Made by a program: the position numbers and the translations under genes. The notes under the pieces were generated by a model. The model was not told the DNA's origin and did not search any database. It worked only from the letters and a program-made list of their open reading frames with translations. Positions 1-9,133 of a stretch of DNA of 64,000 bases are shown one piece after another (position 1 is the stretch's first letter; each line of letters starts with the position of its first letter). Origin of the DNA: Thermoanaerobaculia bacterium (lineage in GTDB: Bacteria > Acidobacteriota > Thermoanaerobaculia > Multivoradales > Multivoraceae); NCBI GenBank assembly GCA_963664405.1, contig OY761158.1, positions 3,360,001-3,424,000 of the forward strand. Reading direction: 5' to 3'.

Positions 1-73
1 AGATCGGCTCGCCTTCTGTTATGATCGTCGTCTTCTCCGGCCGTCTTCAGGCCGCTCCTCCAAGCCGACGAGC

Positions 74-1282
74 ATGGCACGCCTGCGCAACCTGGACGAC
101 CTTCTTGCGCAAGACCTCACGGGTGTTGGGGTCTTCCTGAGAGCCGACCTCAATTTACCCCGCTCCGGTAGCAAGATCCTCGACGACACTCGCATGCGCG
201 CGACCCTGCCGACATTAAAAGCGCTCTCTGCGGCACAGGCACGAACTCTCGTCTTCTCGCACTACGGCCGGCCGCGGGGCGAGCGAAAGGCAGGGCTGAG
301 CCTGGAGCCGCTGACCCCTCCGCTATCCCGACTCCTCGACGCCGAGGTCTCGTTCGCGCCGGAGTGCGTTGGCACCGTCGCTGCCGAGGCAGCCGCCAAC
401 ACCCCCCCCGGTGGCTACTGCCTGTTCGAAAATCTTCGATTCCACGCCGGCGAAGAGAGTAACGACCCTGACTTCGCAAACGCGCTGAGTAGCCTGGCCG
501 GGGCCTACATCAACGACGCCTTCGGCTGCTCCCACCGCGCCCACGCATCCATCGTCGGGGTTGCCGATCGTCTCGAGCGACACGCCGCCGGCCGTCTTCT
601 GATCAGCGAAACGACCGCTCTTCAACGTCTACTCGAACGCCCAGAGCCGCCCTTCGTCGCCGTCGTCGGTGGAGCCAAGATCCGGAGCAAGATCGACACA
701 CTCAGGAACCTCCTTTCCCGCCTCGACACCCTCCTCGTCGGTGGTGCAATGGCCAACACCCTTCTCGCCGCGCAGGGGCACGAGCTCGGCGCGTCAAGGG
801 TCGCCGAGGATGAGCTGGATCTCGCCGGACGCTTGCTGGCAGACGCCGAGGCTCGCCAGGTCGAGGTCGTGCTACCCACCGATCTAGTGGTAACGGACCG
901 CCCGGGCGAGGGACGCGAGGCGGACATCAAGACCGTAGCGGTCGAAGATGTGGGCGACGGCTGGATGGCCGTCGATCTGGGAGAGTCCACCCTAGCCGAG
1001 TTCGACCGCGCCCTCTCCAAGGCCGGCACCGTATTTTGGAACGGGCCAGTCGGCCTCTTCGAAACACCGCCCTTCGACCAGGGTAGTCGGCACTTGGCGT
1101 GCAGCCTCGCTGCAAGCTCGGCCTACACCGTAGTCGGAGGTGGGGAGACGGTGGCCGTGGTGAACCAGAGCGGCGTCGCTAAAGCCATCGACCACGTGTC
1201 TACCGGAGGTGGCGCGGCCCTCGATCTGCTCGCCGGTAAGGCCCTTCCTGGGGTCGAAGTCCTGATCGGGGGCACAGTGTGA
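74..1282 (+). CDS. pgk: phosphoglycerate kinase
   Basis: RADLNLP, SHYGRP, ENLRF, NDAFG..HRAHAS, WNGPVGLFE and STGGGA motifs. Confidence 0.97.
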   Translation: MARLRNLDDLLAQDLTGVGVFLRADLNLPRSGSKILDDTRMRATLPTLKALSAAQARTLVFSHYGRPRGERKAGLSLEPLTPPLSRLLDAEVSFAPECVGTVAAEAAANTPPGGYCLFENLRFHAGEESNDPDFANALSSLAGAYINDAFGCSHRAHASIVGVADRLERHAAGRLLISETTALQRLLERPEPPFVAVVGGAKIRSKIDTLRNLLSRLDTLLVGGAMANTLLAAQGHELGASRVAEDELDLAGRLLADAEARQVEVVLPTDLVVTDRPGEGREADIKTVAVEDVGDGWMAVDLGESTLAEFDRALSKAGTVFWNGPVGLFETPPFDQGSRHLACSLAASSAYTVVGGGETVAVVNQSGVAKAIDHVSTGGGAALDLLAGKALPGVEVLIGGTV

Positions 1283-2034
1283 GCGGGCGCGGCGTCATCG
1301 TTGCGGCAAACTGGAAAATGAACCTCCGCCGCGAAGAGGCGGTGGCTTACTGTGCAGAGCTGGCGGCGTTCTCGTCCGCTTCGCCAAGCGCCGAGGCAAT
1401 CGTATTTCCACCCTTCCCGCTTCTGTCGACCGTCAACGAAGGCCTTGCCGGCAGCGCCTTCGGCTGGGGCGGCCAGGACGTACACCCCGACGACAGCGGT
1501 GCTCACACCGGCGACACCTCTGCAGTCCATCTTCTCGATTGGGGCTGCCAGTGGGTGCTCTGCGGCCACAGTGAGCGCCGAGCGGATCACCACGAGAGTC
1601 CCGAGCTGGTGGGCGCCAAGGTAGCCGCCGCTCAACGCCATGGCATCACTCCGCTGCTCTGTGTCGGCGAGACCGAAGAAGAGCGCAACGAAGGCCGGAT
1701 GCAGGCGGTCCTAGATACGCAGCTGGCTGCCGCCCTACCGTCGAGCGGGAGCTGGGCCCTTGCCTACGAGCCGGTCTGGGCGATCGGCACCGGCCGCACG
1801 GCGACTCCCGAGATGGCGCAGGAGGCCCACGCATTTCTGCGCGAGACCGTCGCAGCTCGCCAGGGCAACAATGTTGCGGACACCCTGCTCATCCTTTACG
1901 GAGGCTCCGTCAAGCCGGCCAACTGCGAGACTCTACTCGAGCAAAAAGACGTCGACGGTTTCCTTGTCGGCGGCGCAGGCCTTGATCCAAACTCATTCCT
2001 CGATATCATTCGCCGTTGTGGCTCCGTGAGCTGA
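1279..2034 (+). CDS. tpiA: triosephosphate isomerase
   Basis: AANWKMN, GHSERR, AYEPVWAIGTG, YGGSVK; GTGA overlap with pgk. Confidence 0.97.
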   Translation: MSGRGVIVAANWKMNLRREEAVAYCAELAAFSSASPSAEAIVFPPFPLLSTVNEGLAGSAFGWGGQDVHPDDSGAHTGDTSAVHLLDWGCQWVLCGHSERRADHHESPELVGAKVAAAQRHGITPLLCVGETEEERNEGRMQAVLDTQLAAALPSSGSWALAYEPVWAIGTGRTATPEMAQEAHAFLRETVAARQGNNVADTLLILYGGSVKPANCETLLEQKDVDGFLVGGAGLDPNSFLDIIRRCGSVS

Positions 2035-2055
2035 GCTGCTAGGAGGCAATCCAAC

Positions 2056-2496
2056 GTGATCTATTTCGTCTACACCGTTCACATTTTCATTTCTTTCTTC
2101 TTGATCCTGGTCGTCCTGCTCCAACAGGGTAAGGGCGCCGATCTCTCGGTCTTCGGCGGCGGTAGCACACAAGCCGCGTTCGGAGCTCGAGGTGCAGCCA
2201 CGATCCTGCACAAGCTCACAGTCGCCTGTTTCGTGCTCTTCATTGTCACGACGATGTCGATCGGCATCCTCCAGCGGGGCCAACGAACGTCATCGGTGAT
2301 GACGGACGTCGAGGCCGGTGAAGTGGAGGAGGAGGCCGCGGTTCCAGCCGCGACGGAGACCGATGCAGCGCCCGAGGCGGCGCTCGAAGCGGCTGCCGAG
2401 GCCCCAGCGCCAACCGACCCGGGACCGGGAGCAGAAGAAGCGGCCGCGGAGGCCTCGGACACCCCTGTGGAGGCGGCCCCCGAAAGCGAGAATTGA
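2056..2496 (+). CDS. secG: preprotein translocase subunit SecG with long acidic tail
   Basis: VLLQQGKGADLSVFGGG, two TM segments, AGGAGG RBS, tpiA-secG-tRNA-Leu synteny. Confidence 0.93.
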   Translation: MIYFVYTVHIFISFFLILVVLLQQGKGADLSVFGGGSTQAAFGARGAATILHKLTVACFVLFIVTTMSIGILQRGQRTSSVMTDVEAGEVEEEAAVPAATETDAAPEAALEAAAEAPAPTDPGPGAEEAAAEASDTPVEAAPESEN

Positions 2497-2551
2497 CGAG
2501 ACGATTGTTGCCCTGACAGTGGGTTGGTGTCCTGCTAGACTCGCGCCCCAC

Positions 2552-2636
2552 GCCGAAGTGGCGGAATTGGTAGACGCGCACGGTTGAGGGCCGTGTGGGG
2601 TGACCCGTGCCGGTTCGAGTCCGGCCTTCGGCACCA
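2552..2636 (+). tRNA. tRNA-Leu(GAG)
   Basis: GCCGAAG/CTTCGGC acceptor stem + ACCA, anticodon arm CACGG-TTGAGGG-CCGTG, variable arm, GGTTCGAGTCC. Confidence 0.96.
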
Positions 2637-2668
2637 GTAACAAGTTCTCAGAAAGAGGGTCAAGCGAT

Positions 2669-3295
2669 ATGTCGAGCGAGACGGCAGAAGACAGCGGCGC
2701 CAACCAAGCGAGCGAGCCCTCGGAAGAAGAAAAGCAGAAAGCCATAGCGGCCGCCAAGGCTGCAGCTGCCGCCAAAGCCAAGGCTGAAGAGGCTCCACCC
2801 CGACCCCTTCCCTCTCCCGAGGCGATCGAGGCCTGGGCCGGCGGCGCCGACGCCAACGTGGGCATCCTCTTCGAGGACTTGAAGCTCGCCCGCTACGACG
2901 CCTTCAACATGCAGATTCGAGCCAAGGAGCTCGTAGCGCAGCATTGGCAGGTGATCACCGCCATGCAAGCGCCAGACGACGCCGAGTTCGACACGCTGCC
3001 TGAAGTTGGACGGCTGCGCAAGCACTACAAAGATCAGGAGCTCGCTCGCCGGAGGCTCTCGAACCTCCGAGTAGCGTGGCGGGAGCTTCGCGGCAAGCGC
3101 CCGAACCTGTGGGCGGTCCCTGATCTTCTCGCGGCCCTGCGACGCATCCTCGACAAGGGGTTGGAGGTCGACTACAACGAGCTCCTCGCCGCCGCTCGTG
3201 ACTTGTGGAGTACGAGTAGCTCGGAAGCAGGGCAGTCTCAGGTGGCCCAGCTCGAAGCCTGCCTAGCGCTGATTCGTAAGGGCACGAAGAAGTAG
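2669..3295 (+). CDS. hypothetical protein with Ala/Lys-rich N-terminus
   Basis: GC3-biased ORF, ATG 2669 after GAGGG; no family recognised. Confidence 0.75.
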   Translation: MSSETAEDSGANQASEPSEEEKQKAIAAAKAAAAAKAKAEEAPPRPLPSPEAIEAWAGGADANVGILFEDLKLARYDAFNMQIRAKELVAQHWQVITAMQAPDDAEFDTLPEVGRLRKHYKDQELARRRLSNLRVAWRELRGKRPNLWAVPDLLAALRRILDKGLEVDYNELLAAARDLWSTSSSEAGQSQVAQLEACLALIRKGTKK

Positions 3296-3364
3296 CCGCG
3301 AGGCGCGACCGGCTTGCAGGGCCCCAAATGGGCCTCGCGCCGGCAAGAGCAGGCGACTCGCCGT

Positions 3365-3943
3365 CTACCGCGCAGCGCCGTCTAGCCTCACCGACTCGAT
3401 TACGACGGTTTCCTTCGGCACGTTCTGGAGGCCGTTCTTGTTTCCGGTCGCGACGCCGGAGATCTTGTCGACCGTGTCGAGCCCCTCGACCACCTTGCCG
3501 AACACGGCGTAACCCCAACCCTGTCCCTTGTCGGTGTGGTCGAGCATGCGACGGTTATCCACTGAATTGATGAAGAACTGAGCGGTCGCGCTATCGGGGG
3601 CGTTGGTGCGAGCCATTGAAATGGTGCCACGCTCATTGGATACACCGTTATCGGCCTCGTTCTTGATCGGAGCGCGAGTGTCCGTTTTTTTTACCAGGTT
3701 GGCATCGAAACCGCCGCCCTGGATCATGAATTCGGGAATGACGCGATGGAACACCGTGCCGTCATAGTATTTGGCGTCTACGTACTCTAGGAAGTTCTTC
3801 ACCGTGCCGGGCGCCTTGTCGGCGTAGAGCTCCAGAACGATGGTCCCCTGGGTGGTCTTCATCGTAACTCGAGGGTTCTCGGCAGTGGCAGCGGTGGCCA
3901 AGAGACCGAAACAGACAAGCGAAAGCAGCAGTCGTTGCAGCAT
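3365..3943 (-). CDS. ppiA: exported cyclophilin-type peptidyl-prolyl isomerase
   Basis: FHRVIPEFMIQGGG, SMART, SATAQFFIN, GYAVFGKV; signal peptide. Confidence 0.93.
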   Translation of the reverse strand: MLQRLLLSLVCFGLLATAATAENPRVTMKTTQGTIVLELYADKAPGTVKNFLEYVDAKYYDGTVFHRVIPEFMIQGGGFDANLVKKTDTRAPIKNEADNGVSNERGTISMARTNAPDSATAQFFINSVDNRRMLDHTDKGQGWGYAVFGKVVEGLDTVDKISGVATGNKNGLQNVPKETVVIESVRLDGAAR

Positions 3944-3968
3944 TTTTCCTCCGGCGTCGGACATTAAC

Positions 3969-5201
3969 ATGCCACCCATGGACAGCGGACTCGACCTCTC
4001 ACCCCTACCCTTGAATCAGCGACGGTCGTCCGTTCTCGATGTGCTGTTGGTCTTCGCCGGAGCCAACATCGTCACCACGACATTGGTCACCGGTGGCTCG
4101 ATCGGAACCTCGTTCTCGCTCGCGGACGGTGCCGCCGTTGTCTTCATCGGCACTCTCGTTGGCACCGGTATTCTCGCGCTCCTATCTCGCCTCGGGCCTC
4201 GTTTCGCCGTACCGAGCATGGTGCTGCTGCGCCAGCCCTTCGGCGATCGTGGTTCCCAGGCAATCTCGCTGCTGCTGGTGCTGACGAACTTCGCCTGGAT
4301 CGCGCTGAATAACGTAATCGCCGGCAAGGCCCTCGCCAATCTGGCCGGCGGTGAGGAGTGGCTTTGGTCTGTCGCCGTCGGCGCGGCCGCGGTTGCTCTT
4401 ACTCTCTACGGTCCTCGGGCAATGGCCCTCTTCAACCGATTCGCGGTGCCTCTACTCGTGGTGGTCGGCGTCGCACTCACCGTGGCGCTGTCTACGGCCG
4501 AGAATCGAGCTCGTCTGGCGCTGCCGGGTACGGGATCGCTGAGCTGGCTCGGCGGCCTCGACCTGGTCATCGGCTACCAGGTGAGCTGGAGTCTCATGTT
4601 CGCGGACTACACCCGCTTTCAGCGTCGCGAGAGCCGCGCTGCATTGGCCGTCTTTCTGGGCATGACCCTCAGTAGCATGTGGTTGATGACCCTCGGCGCC
4701 GCCGCCGGCAAAATCGGTGGCGCCAACGACCCCACCGCGATGATCCTGGGTGTCGGACTGCCGATCGCGGCCCTCCTGTTGATGGCGCTCTCAACGATCA
4801 CGACCAACTTCGTGAATCTCTATCTGTCCTCGTTGGCGGTCCGCAATCTGTGGAGCGCGGCGCCGGCGGCGCGTACGGTTCTGACCCTTGGCGCCATTGG
4901 GACCGCACTCGGACTCGCCTCACCGAACCTGCTCGACAGCTACGCCGGATTCATGGGCTGGATCGGATCGAGCTTCCTGCCGATCGTTGCCATCGTCATC
5001 GTGCATTTCTTCTCGCTCCACCGAGAACCGGACCTACCCGCCACTCGCACAGGGTCGATCGCCGCGATGGCGGCGTGGGCAGCGGGCGTCGCCACCTATC
5101 TGCTAGCTCTGCACGTCTACTCGAACTGGGGTGCGACGCTGCCGACCCTGTTGGTCTCAGGCCTCTGCTACCGGATACTCTGCCGCCCTTCGAGAGACTG
5201 A
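3969..5201 (+). CDS. NCS1 family purine-cytosine/hydroxymethylpyrimidine permease (CytX-like)
   Basis: ~12 TM segments; FGDRGS, SWSLMFADYTRF, TITTNFVNLY motifs; start uncertain (3969 or 3978). Confidence 0.8.
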   Translation: MPPMDSGLDLSPLPLNQRRSSVLDVLLVFAGANIVTTTLVTGGSIGTSFSLADGAAVVFIGTLVGTGILALLSRLGPRFAVPSMVLLRQPFGDRGSQAISLLLVLTNFAWIALNNVIAGKALANLAGGEEWLWSVAVGAAAVALTLYGPRAMALFNRFAVPLLVVVGVALTVALSTAENRARLALPGTGSLSWLGGLDLVIGYQVSWSLMFADYTRFQRRESRAALAVFLGMTLSSMWLMTLGAAAGKIGGANDPTAMILGVGLPIAALLLMALSTITTNFVNLYLSSLAVRNLWSAAPAARTVLTLGAIGTALGLASPNLLDSYAGFMGWIGSSFLPIVAIVIVHFFSLHREPDLPATRTGSIAAMAAWAAGVATYLLALHVYSNWGATLPTLLVSGLCYRILCRPSRD

Positions 5202-5343
5202 CACCTGCGCCGTCCTCGGCGCCACGTCCTTTGGCCGAAGGAAGGCGAGCTGTCTCCAATAGCTCAAACTCGTGACCCATGAGTCAAGTCTTCCCTGGTG
5301 CGAGCTCGTGCCGGTGAGGTGGGGTGCCCTGGACGCCCGGCCG

Positions 5344-5434
5344 CTAGGAGTCTGTCCGAGTATTCGGACAGGCGAGTAGTTCTCAGGCGGGGATGGGCCG
5401 GAGAACGGGCCGAAGGCGCGTTCTCCGGGGCTAG
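5344..5434. repeat. CTAG-bounded repeat unit A (~90 bp)
   Basis: Near-identical to 43680-43761 and 43758-43848; internal hairpins CTGTCCGA/TCGGACAG and CCGGAGAACG/CGTTCTCCGG. Confidence 0.9.
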
Positions 5435-5549
5435 GAGCGTGTATCTGGACTCCAATGTCAACAGGGGTGGGTCGGTCTTCTTGTTCTTCGATAGAGGTTT
5501 CCTTGGTGTGTAATCACAGGCAGTATGGAGGTCGATGGTGAGTCAAGAC

Positions 5550-5700
5550 AGCAGACGTATCTCCGGCCTGTAGTGGGCGATTATTAGCGCCGGGCCATGA
5601 TGAAGAAATGCGCGTGAGGGAGCCGAATCGTCCGAAAGGGCCTCGAAGGCCAACGCTCCTATCGGCTTTTCCCCCCACGCCAGTCTGACTGGAAACCATC
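5550..5700 (-). ncRNA. putative bridge/seek RNA of the IS1111 element (ends approximate)
   Basis: Stem AGCCGA/TCGGCT (5621-5626/5662-5667) encloses target-matching ACGCTCCTA and GTCCGA; donor-matching ATGATGAA and TATCT lie further 3' in the RNA. Confidence 0.75.
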
Positions 5701-5790
5701 AGAATTCTCTACTCGCGCTGTCGGAGTGTTTGTGAGTGTTCAATTTGAAGTCTTCGGGTGCGTTGGGGTCCAGAGATCGAGGCCAAGGGC

Positions 5791-6831
5791 TCAGGCCGTG
5801 ACTTGCCGTGGAGGCTGCAGCTGGAAGGAGGTCTCGTGGGTCCAGACCGCCCAGACAACGCGTGCGAGCTTGTTGGCGAGGGCAACGGCGGCCCGGTTCC
5901 GTCCCCGCGAGCTCTCGACTCTGAGGGCCCACTGTTCGAGCCTACCGGCGGGTCCCTTTCTCCTCGCCCAGCTGAGCACCGACCTGGCGCCATGAATGAG
6001 GAGAGTTCGTAAGTACGCGTCCCCGCGTTTGCTGATCCTGCCGAGCCACCGCCGAGCGCCACTGGAGTGTTCCCTAGGAGTCAGTCCGAGATAGCTGGCG
6101 AGATGCCGGCCGCTTTTGAAGCGGCGAATGTCTCCGATCCAAGCGACCATGGCTGTGGCCGTGAGTACGCCTACGCCCTTGATCGTCAGGAGTCGCTTCA
6201 CGGCCTCGTCCTGGCGCGCGAGGGCTTGGATCTGTGCCTCGAGCTCTTGGATCTTCGTGGTCAGCTCGTCGATGTGGTCACAGATGCTTTCGAAAAAGGG
6301 TCGCAAGACGAGCGGGATCTCGGTATCCGGATCCGCGAGCCAGACGCGGACGCGCGGCAGGACCTGGGCGCGTCCCTGGGGCAGAAAGAGCCCGAGCTCT
6401 CGTAGGTGCCCGCGCAGAGCATTGATGTGGGCGGTGCGATCGTCCATGAACGACGAACGGATGCGATGGAGCGTGGTCATCGTCTGCTGCTCGAGCGATT
6501 TGACCGGCACGGGTAGGATGTCCTCGTTTCGATGCGCCTCGAGCATGCCCGTGGTATCCGTTCGATCCGATTTATTGCGCAACACATAGCGCCGGGTGAA
6601 ATGCGGTGGCAGCAGGATCACCTCGTGGCCGAGACTCTGAATACGCCGGCCCCAGTAGTGCGCCGAACCGCAGGCTTCCATGAGGACGGTCGCGGGCTTG
6701 ATCTGCGCGAAGAACCTGAGGAATTTCGCCCTGCGCACGCGCTGCCTCTCGGCGACCTTACCCGGCTCGTAAGACACCGCGATCTCGAAGACATCCTTGG
6801 CGATATCGACTGCGATACGTGTACTCTTCAT
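5791..6831 (-). CDS. IS110 family DEDD recombinase/transposase
   Basis: IAVDIAK, MEACG, KSDRTD (DEDD) and C-terminal HSSG...GRISKRGD; ATG 6831 with GGGAG RBS. Confidence 0.95.
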   Translation of the reverse strand: MKSTRIAVDIAKDVFEIAVSYEPGKVAERQRVRRAKFLRFFAQIKPATVLMEACGSAHYWGRRIQSLGHEVILLPPHFTRRYVLRNKSDRTDTTGMLEAHRNEDILPVPVKSLEQQTMTTLHRIRSSFMDDRTAHINALRGHLRELGLFLPQGRAQVLPRVRVWLADPDTEIPLVLRPFFESICDHIDELTTKIQELEAQIQALARQDEAVKRLLTIKGVGVLTATAMVAWIGDIRRFKSGRHLASYLGLTPREHSSGARRWLGRISKRGDAYLRTLLIHGARSVLSWARRKGPAGRLEQWALRVESSRGRNRAAVALANKLARVVWAVWTHETSFQLQPPRQVTA

Positions 6832-6920
6832 CGTGGACTCCCTTTCTACGATCAACGTTTGCGACTTAGGTGACCCCTGGCACATAGATGCCGAAGTCAC
6901 CGGGGAGTCCATTTCATCAT

Positions 6921-7040
6921 CCGAGTATTCGTCCTGAGCCGTTTCCGTGAGCGAATAGGAAGCAACGCCCAAGTGCGCCGTCCTCGGCGCCGAAAGACAA
7001 CTAGGCGGAGGAAATGATAGCCATCATTTCTGGAGCCTAG
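6921..7040. repeat. repeat unit B, distal part (interrupted by the IS; proximal part 5431-5442)
   Basis: Matches 33091-33224 apart from a short internal indel; ends in CTAG. Confidence 0.9.
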
Positions 7041-7417
7041 GGCGGGTCCTCGGTTCCTCGGGTCGTCCAGGGGCCGCACTTGAGAAGGCGAACCATCGAG
7101 CGCGCCGTGCCTCTGGCAGCGCCGTACTTTTCGATCGATGCCGCCGCATATCGGCTGCATGTGGGAGTGAAGCGGCAGTGCACTCCCAAAACCGGCATCA
7201 CCCTCGACAGGGTTGCCTGGTAGGCGTGAATGCCGCCGAGAAAGAGGCGTCCCGTCCACTGCTGCTGTGGAGCCCGAGCGAGATCGAAGAACAGCAAGAA
7301 GGCGGCCGCGGGCGCAATCAGAAGCCTCCATCGACGAGGCCGAACCGACGCGACCGCCACAGCCCTCTCGTCCGCGCCCGCGACACGACCGGCATCCCCG
7401 GCCGTGTCGGGGCTCAT
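7037..7417 (-). CDS. YidD-like membrane protein insertion efficiency factor paralog
   Basis: YQATLS...CRFTPTCSRYA...RLLKCGPW..G.EDP; extra N-terminal hydrophobic segment. Confidence 0.8.
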   Translation of the reverse strand: MSPDTAGDAGRVAGADERAVAVASVRPRRWRLLIAPAAAFLLFFDLARAPQQQWTGRLFLGGIHAYQATLSRVMPVLGVHCRFTPTCSRYAAASIEKYGAARGTARSMVRLLKCGPWTTRGTEDPP

Positions 7418-7427
7418 CCCTTGCGTT

Positions 7428-7853
7428 TCAAAAACGGTCGGCGTACTGGCTGACTCCGGGAACGAGAAAACGCCCGCCACCGACGCCTTTGACAATACAC
7501 ACCACGCGGACGACGAGAGTGGCGATCCAAACCGGAATCATCGCCAACGCTCCTAGGCAACCGAGGCCGGGGATCATCGAAATTACCGTGAAGGCAACCC
7601 ACAAGATGATCTCCGCGACCAAGAGTACGAGCCCGTGCTTGGCATGCCACTGCACCTCTTTGTCTTCCTTCTCTACCAGCAGTGGTACCAACGCCAGAAT
7701 CCACAGGTAGGACAAGACGACCATGACCGTGTTTACATTGCCCTCTCCTCCTCCGGCGGAGGCTGAGGGTGGTGGCGGCGGCCCTCCCGAGGGAGGCTGA
7801 GGTGGTTCAGGCGGACCCGGCGGCGGCGGCGGCGGGGTTTCGGGCTCACTCAT
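7428..7853 (-). CDS. DUF4870-like membrane protein with Pro-rich N-terminus
   Basis: LSYLWILALVPLLVEKEDKEVQWHAKHGL pattern, 3 TM segments. Confidence 0.75.
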   Translation of the reverse strand: MSEPETPPPPPPGPPEPPQPPSGGPPPPPSASAGGGEGNVNTVMVVLSYLWILALVPLLVEKEDKEVQWHAKHGLVLLVAEIILWVAFTVISMIPGLGCLGALAMIPVWIATLVVRVVCIVKGVGGGRFLVPGVSQYADRF

Positions 7854-7981
7854 GATAGTCCTCTCCTTAAGCGGAAGGCGCGTCTCGGGCCTTCCCGTTG
7901 CAACGAAGGGTGAACCTCCGCAGTTTAGCCGACAGCCCAAGTCCGCCACAAGCGCGCCTCTCCAGACGCCCCAAACCCTCC

Positions 7982-9133
7982 TCAGCCGGAGGCGACCGAG
8001 TCACGGCGCGCCATCTCGTCGAGCGCTCTCTTGTAGACTTTGCGATAGCCCTCGACTGCAGCTTCGCGACCGAAGCGCTCCTGCGCATCGCGGCGACCTG
8101 CGGTGCCAAATCGCCGGCGCAGCTCTTGGTCACGCAACAGGCGGAGAGCGGCCCGAGACATGCCTTCGACATCGCCGACGGGAAGCAGAAAGCCGGTCTC
8201 GCCATCCACTACCACCTCCGGAAGGCCCCCGGCGGAGCTCGCCACCACGGGCACCTCGCAGGCAAGCGCCTCCAGTGCGGCCAGACCGAAGGACTCTGTC
8301 TCCGACGGCAGCAAGAATAGATCGGCTGAGGCGAGGACATCCTCCACCTCCGCGACAGTGCCGACAAACTCGACCCGCTCTCGAACTCCCAGCTCGCGCG
8401 CCGTCCGTTCCGCAATCGCGAGCTCCGGGCCGTCTCCGACGAGAAGCAGGCGGCAAGGTAGCTCCTGGCAGACGCGAAAGAAGATGTGCACGACATCGGT
8501 GACTCTCTTCACCGGCCGGAAGTTCGAAATGTGTACCAGCACGTGTTCGCCGTCTTCGCCCCATCGCCGCCCGCCGCGCCGCGCCACTGCCTCGGGGTAA
8601 CGAGAGGCGTCGACGAAGTTCGGCACCACGTCGATCTGCTTGTCCACCTCGAGCTTGTCGACTGTCGCTTGGCGCAACGACTCAGAGACCGCGGTAACCG
8701 CATCTGAGCGAAGAATGCCGAAGCGAATCGCGTCGATATAGCTCGGATCATGGCCGATCAGGGTGATGTCGGTGCCGTGGAGGGTCGTAACCACCGCCAC
8801 CGGCTGCGGAGCCAGCATCTGTTTGGCGAGGATCGCAGACACCGCGTGGGGTATCGCGTAGTGAGCGTGGAGGATGTCCAGCCCCTGCTGACGAGCAACC
8901 TCGACCATCTTTGTGGCCAGCGCCAACGAGTAGGGCGGGTACTCGAAGAGCGGATACTGCGTCACCGCCACTTCGTGAAAAAACAATCGTTGCCCCGACC
9001 ACGACCAGCGCGGCGGAACCGCATAGCTCATGACGTGAACTTCGTCACCGGTCTCCGCCAGTGCTCGTGCCAGCTCGGTGGCGATCACACCGGATCCACC
9101 CACCGTCGGGTGACAGCAGATGCCAATCTTCAC
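7982..9133 (-). CDS. bshA: N-acetyl-alpha-D-glucosaminyl L-malate synthase
   Basis: KIGICCHPTVGGSG, HAHYAIPH, TTLHGTDIT, HISNFRPVKR, ESFGLAALEA. Confidence 0.93.
   Translation of the reverse strand: MKIGICCHPTVGGSGVIATELARALAETGDEVHVMSYAVPPRWSWSGQRLFFHEVAVTQYPLFEYPPYSLALATKMVEVARQQGLDILHAHYAIPHAVSAILAKQMLAPQPVAVVTTLHGTDITLIGHDPSYIDAIRFGILRSDAVTAVSESLRQATVDKLEVDKQIDVVPNFVDASRYPEAVARRGGRRWGEDGEHVLVHISNFRPVKRVTDVVHIFFRVCQELPCRLLLVGDGPELAIAERTARELGVRERVEFVGTVAEVEDVLASADLFLLPSETESFGLAALEALACEVPVVASSAGGLPEVVVDGETGFLLPVGDVEGMSRAALRLLRDQELRRRFGTAGRRDAQERFGREAAVEGYRKVYKRALDEMARRDSVASG

Larger units (their letters stand above)
5443..6920 (-). mobile_element. IS110 family, IS1111 subgroup insertion sequence
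   Basis: Sub-terminal IRs TGGACTCC (5446-5453) and GGAGTCCA (6904-6911); removing it regenerates GAGCGTGT|CCGAGTATTC, seen uninterrupted at 33083-33100; long non-coding region downstream of the transposase. Confidence 0.93.

Noticed and set aside
2600-2668. Upstream GTG start for the hypothetical gene; tRNA-Leu as an island attachment site
   Set aside because: The GTG lies inside the tRNA; no integrase or duplicated tRNA 3' end was seen
3944-3978. TPP riboswitch upstream of the CytX-like permease
   Set aside because: The gap to divergent ppiA is only ~25-35 bp and has no TPP core motif
5206-5223. TGCGCCGTCCTCGGCGCC as a separate element
   Set aside because: 18-bp match to the interior of repeat B; probably a decayed fragment and too short to call
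6832-6972. N-terminal extension of the transposase ORF (393-aa version)
   Set aside because: It crosses the IS end into repeat B (the same peptide appears in ORF 32990-33211); ATG 6831 has an RBS
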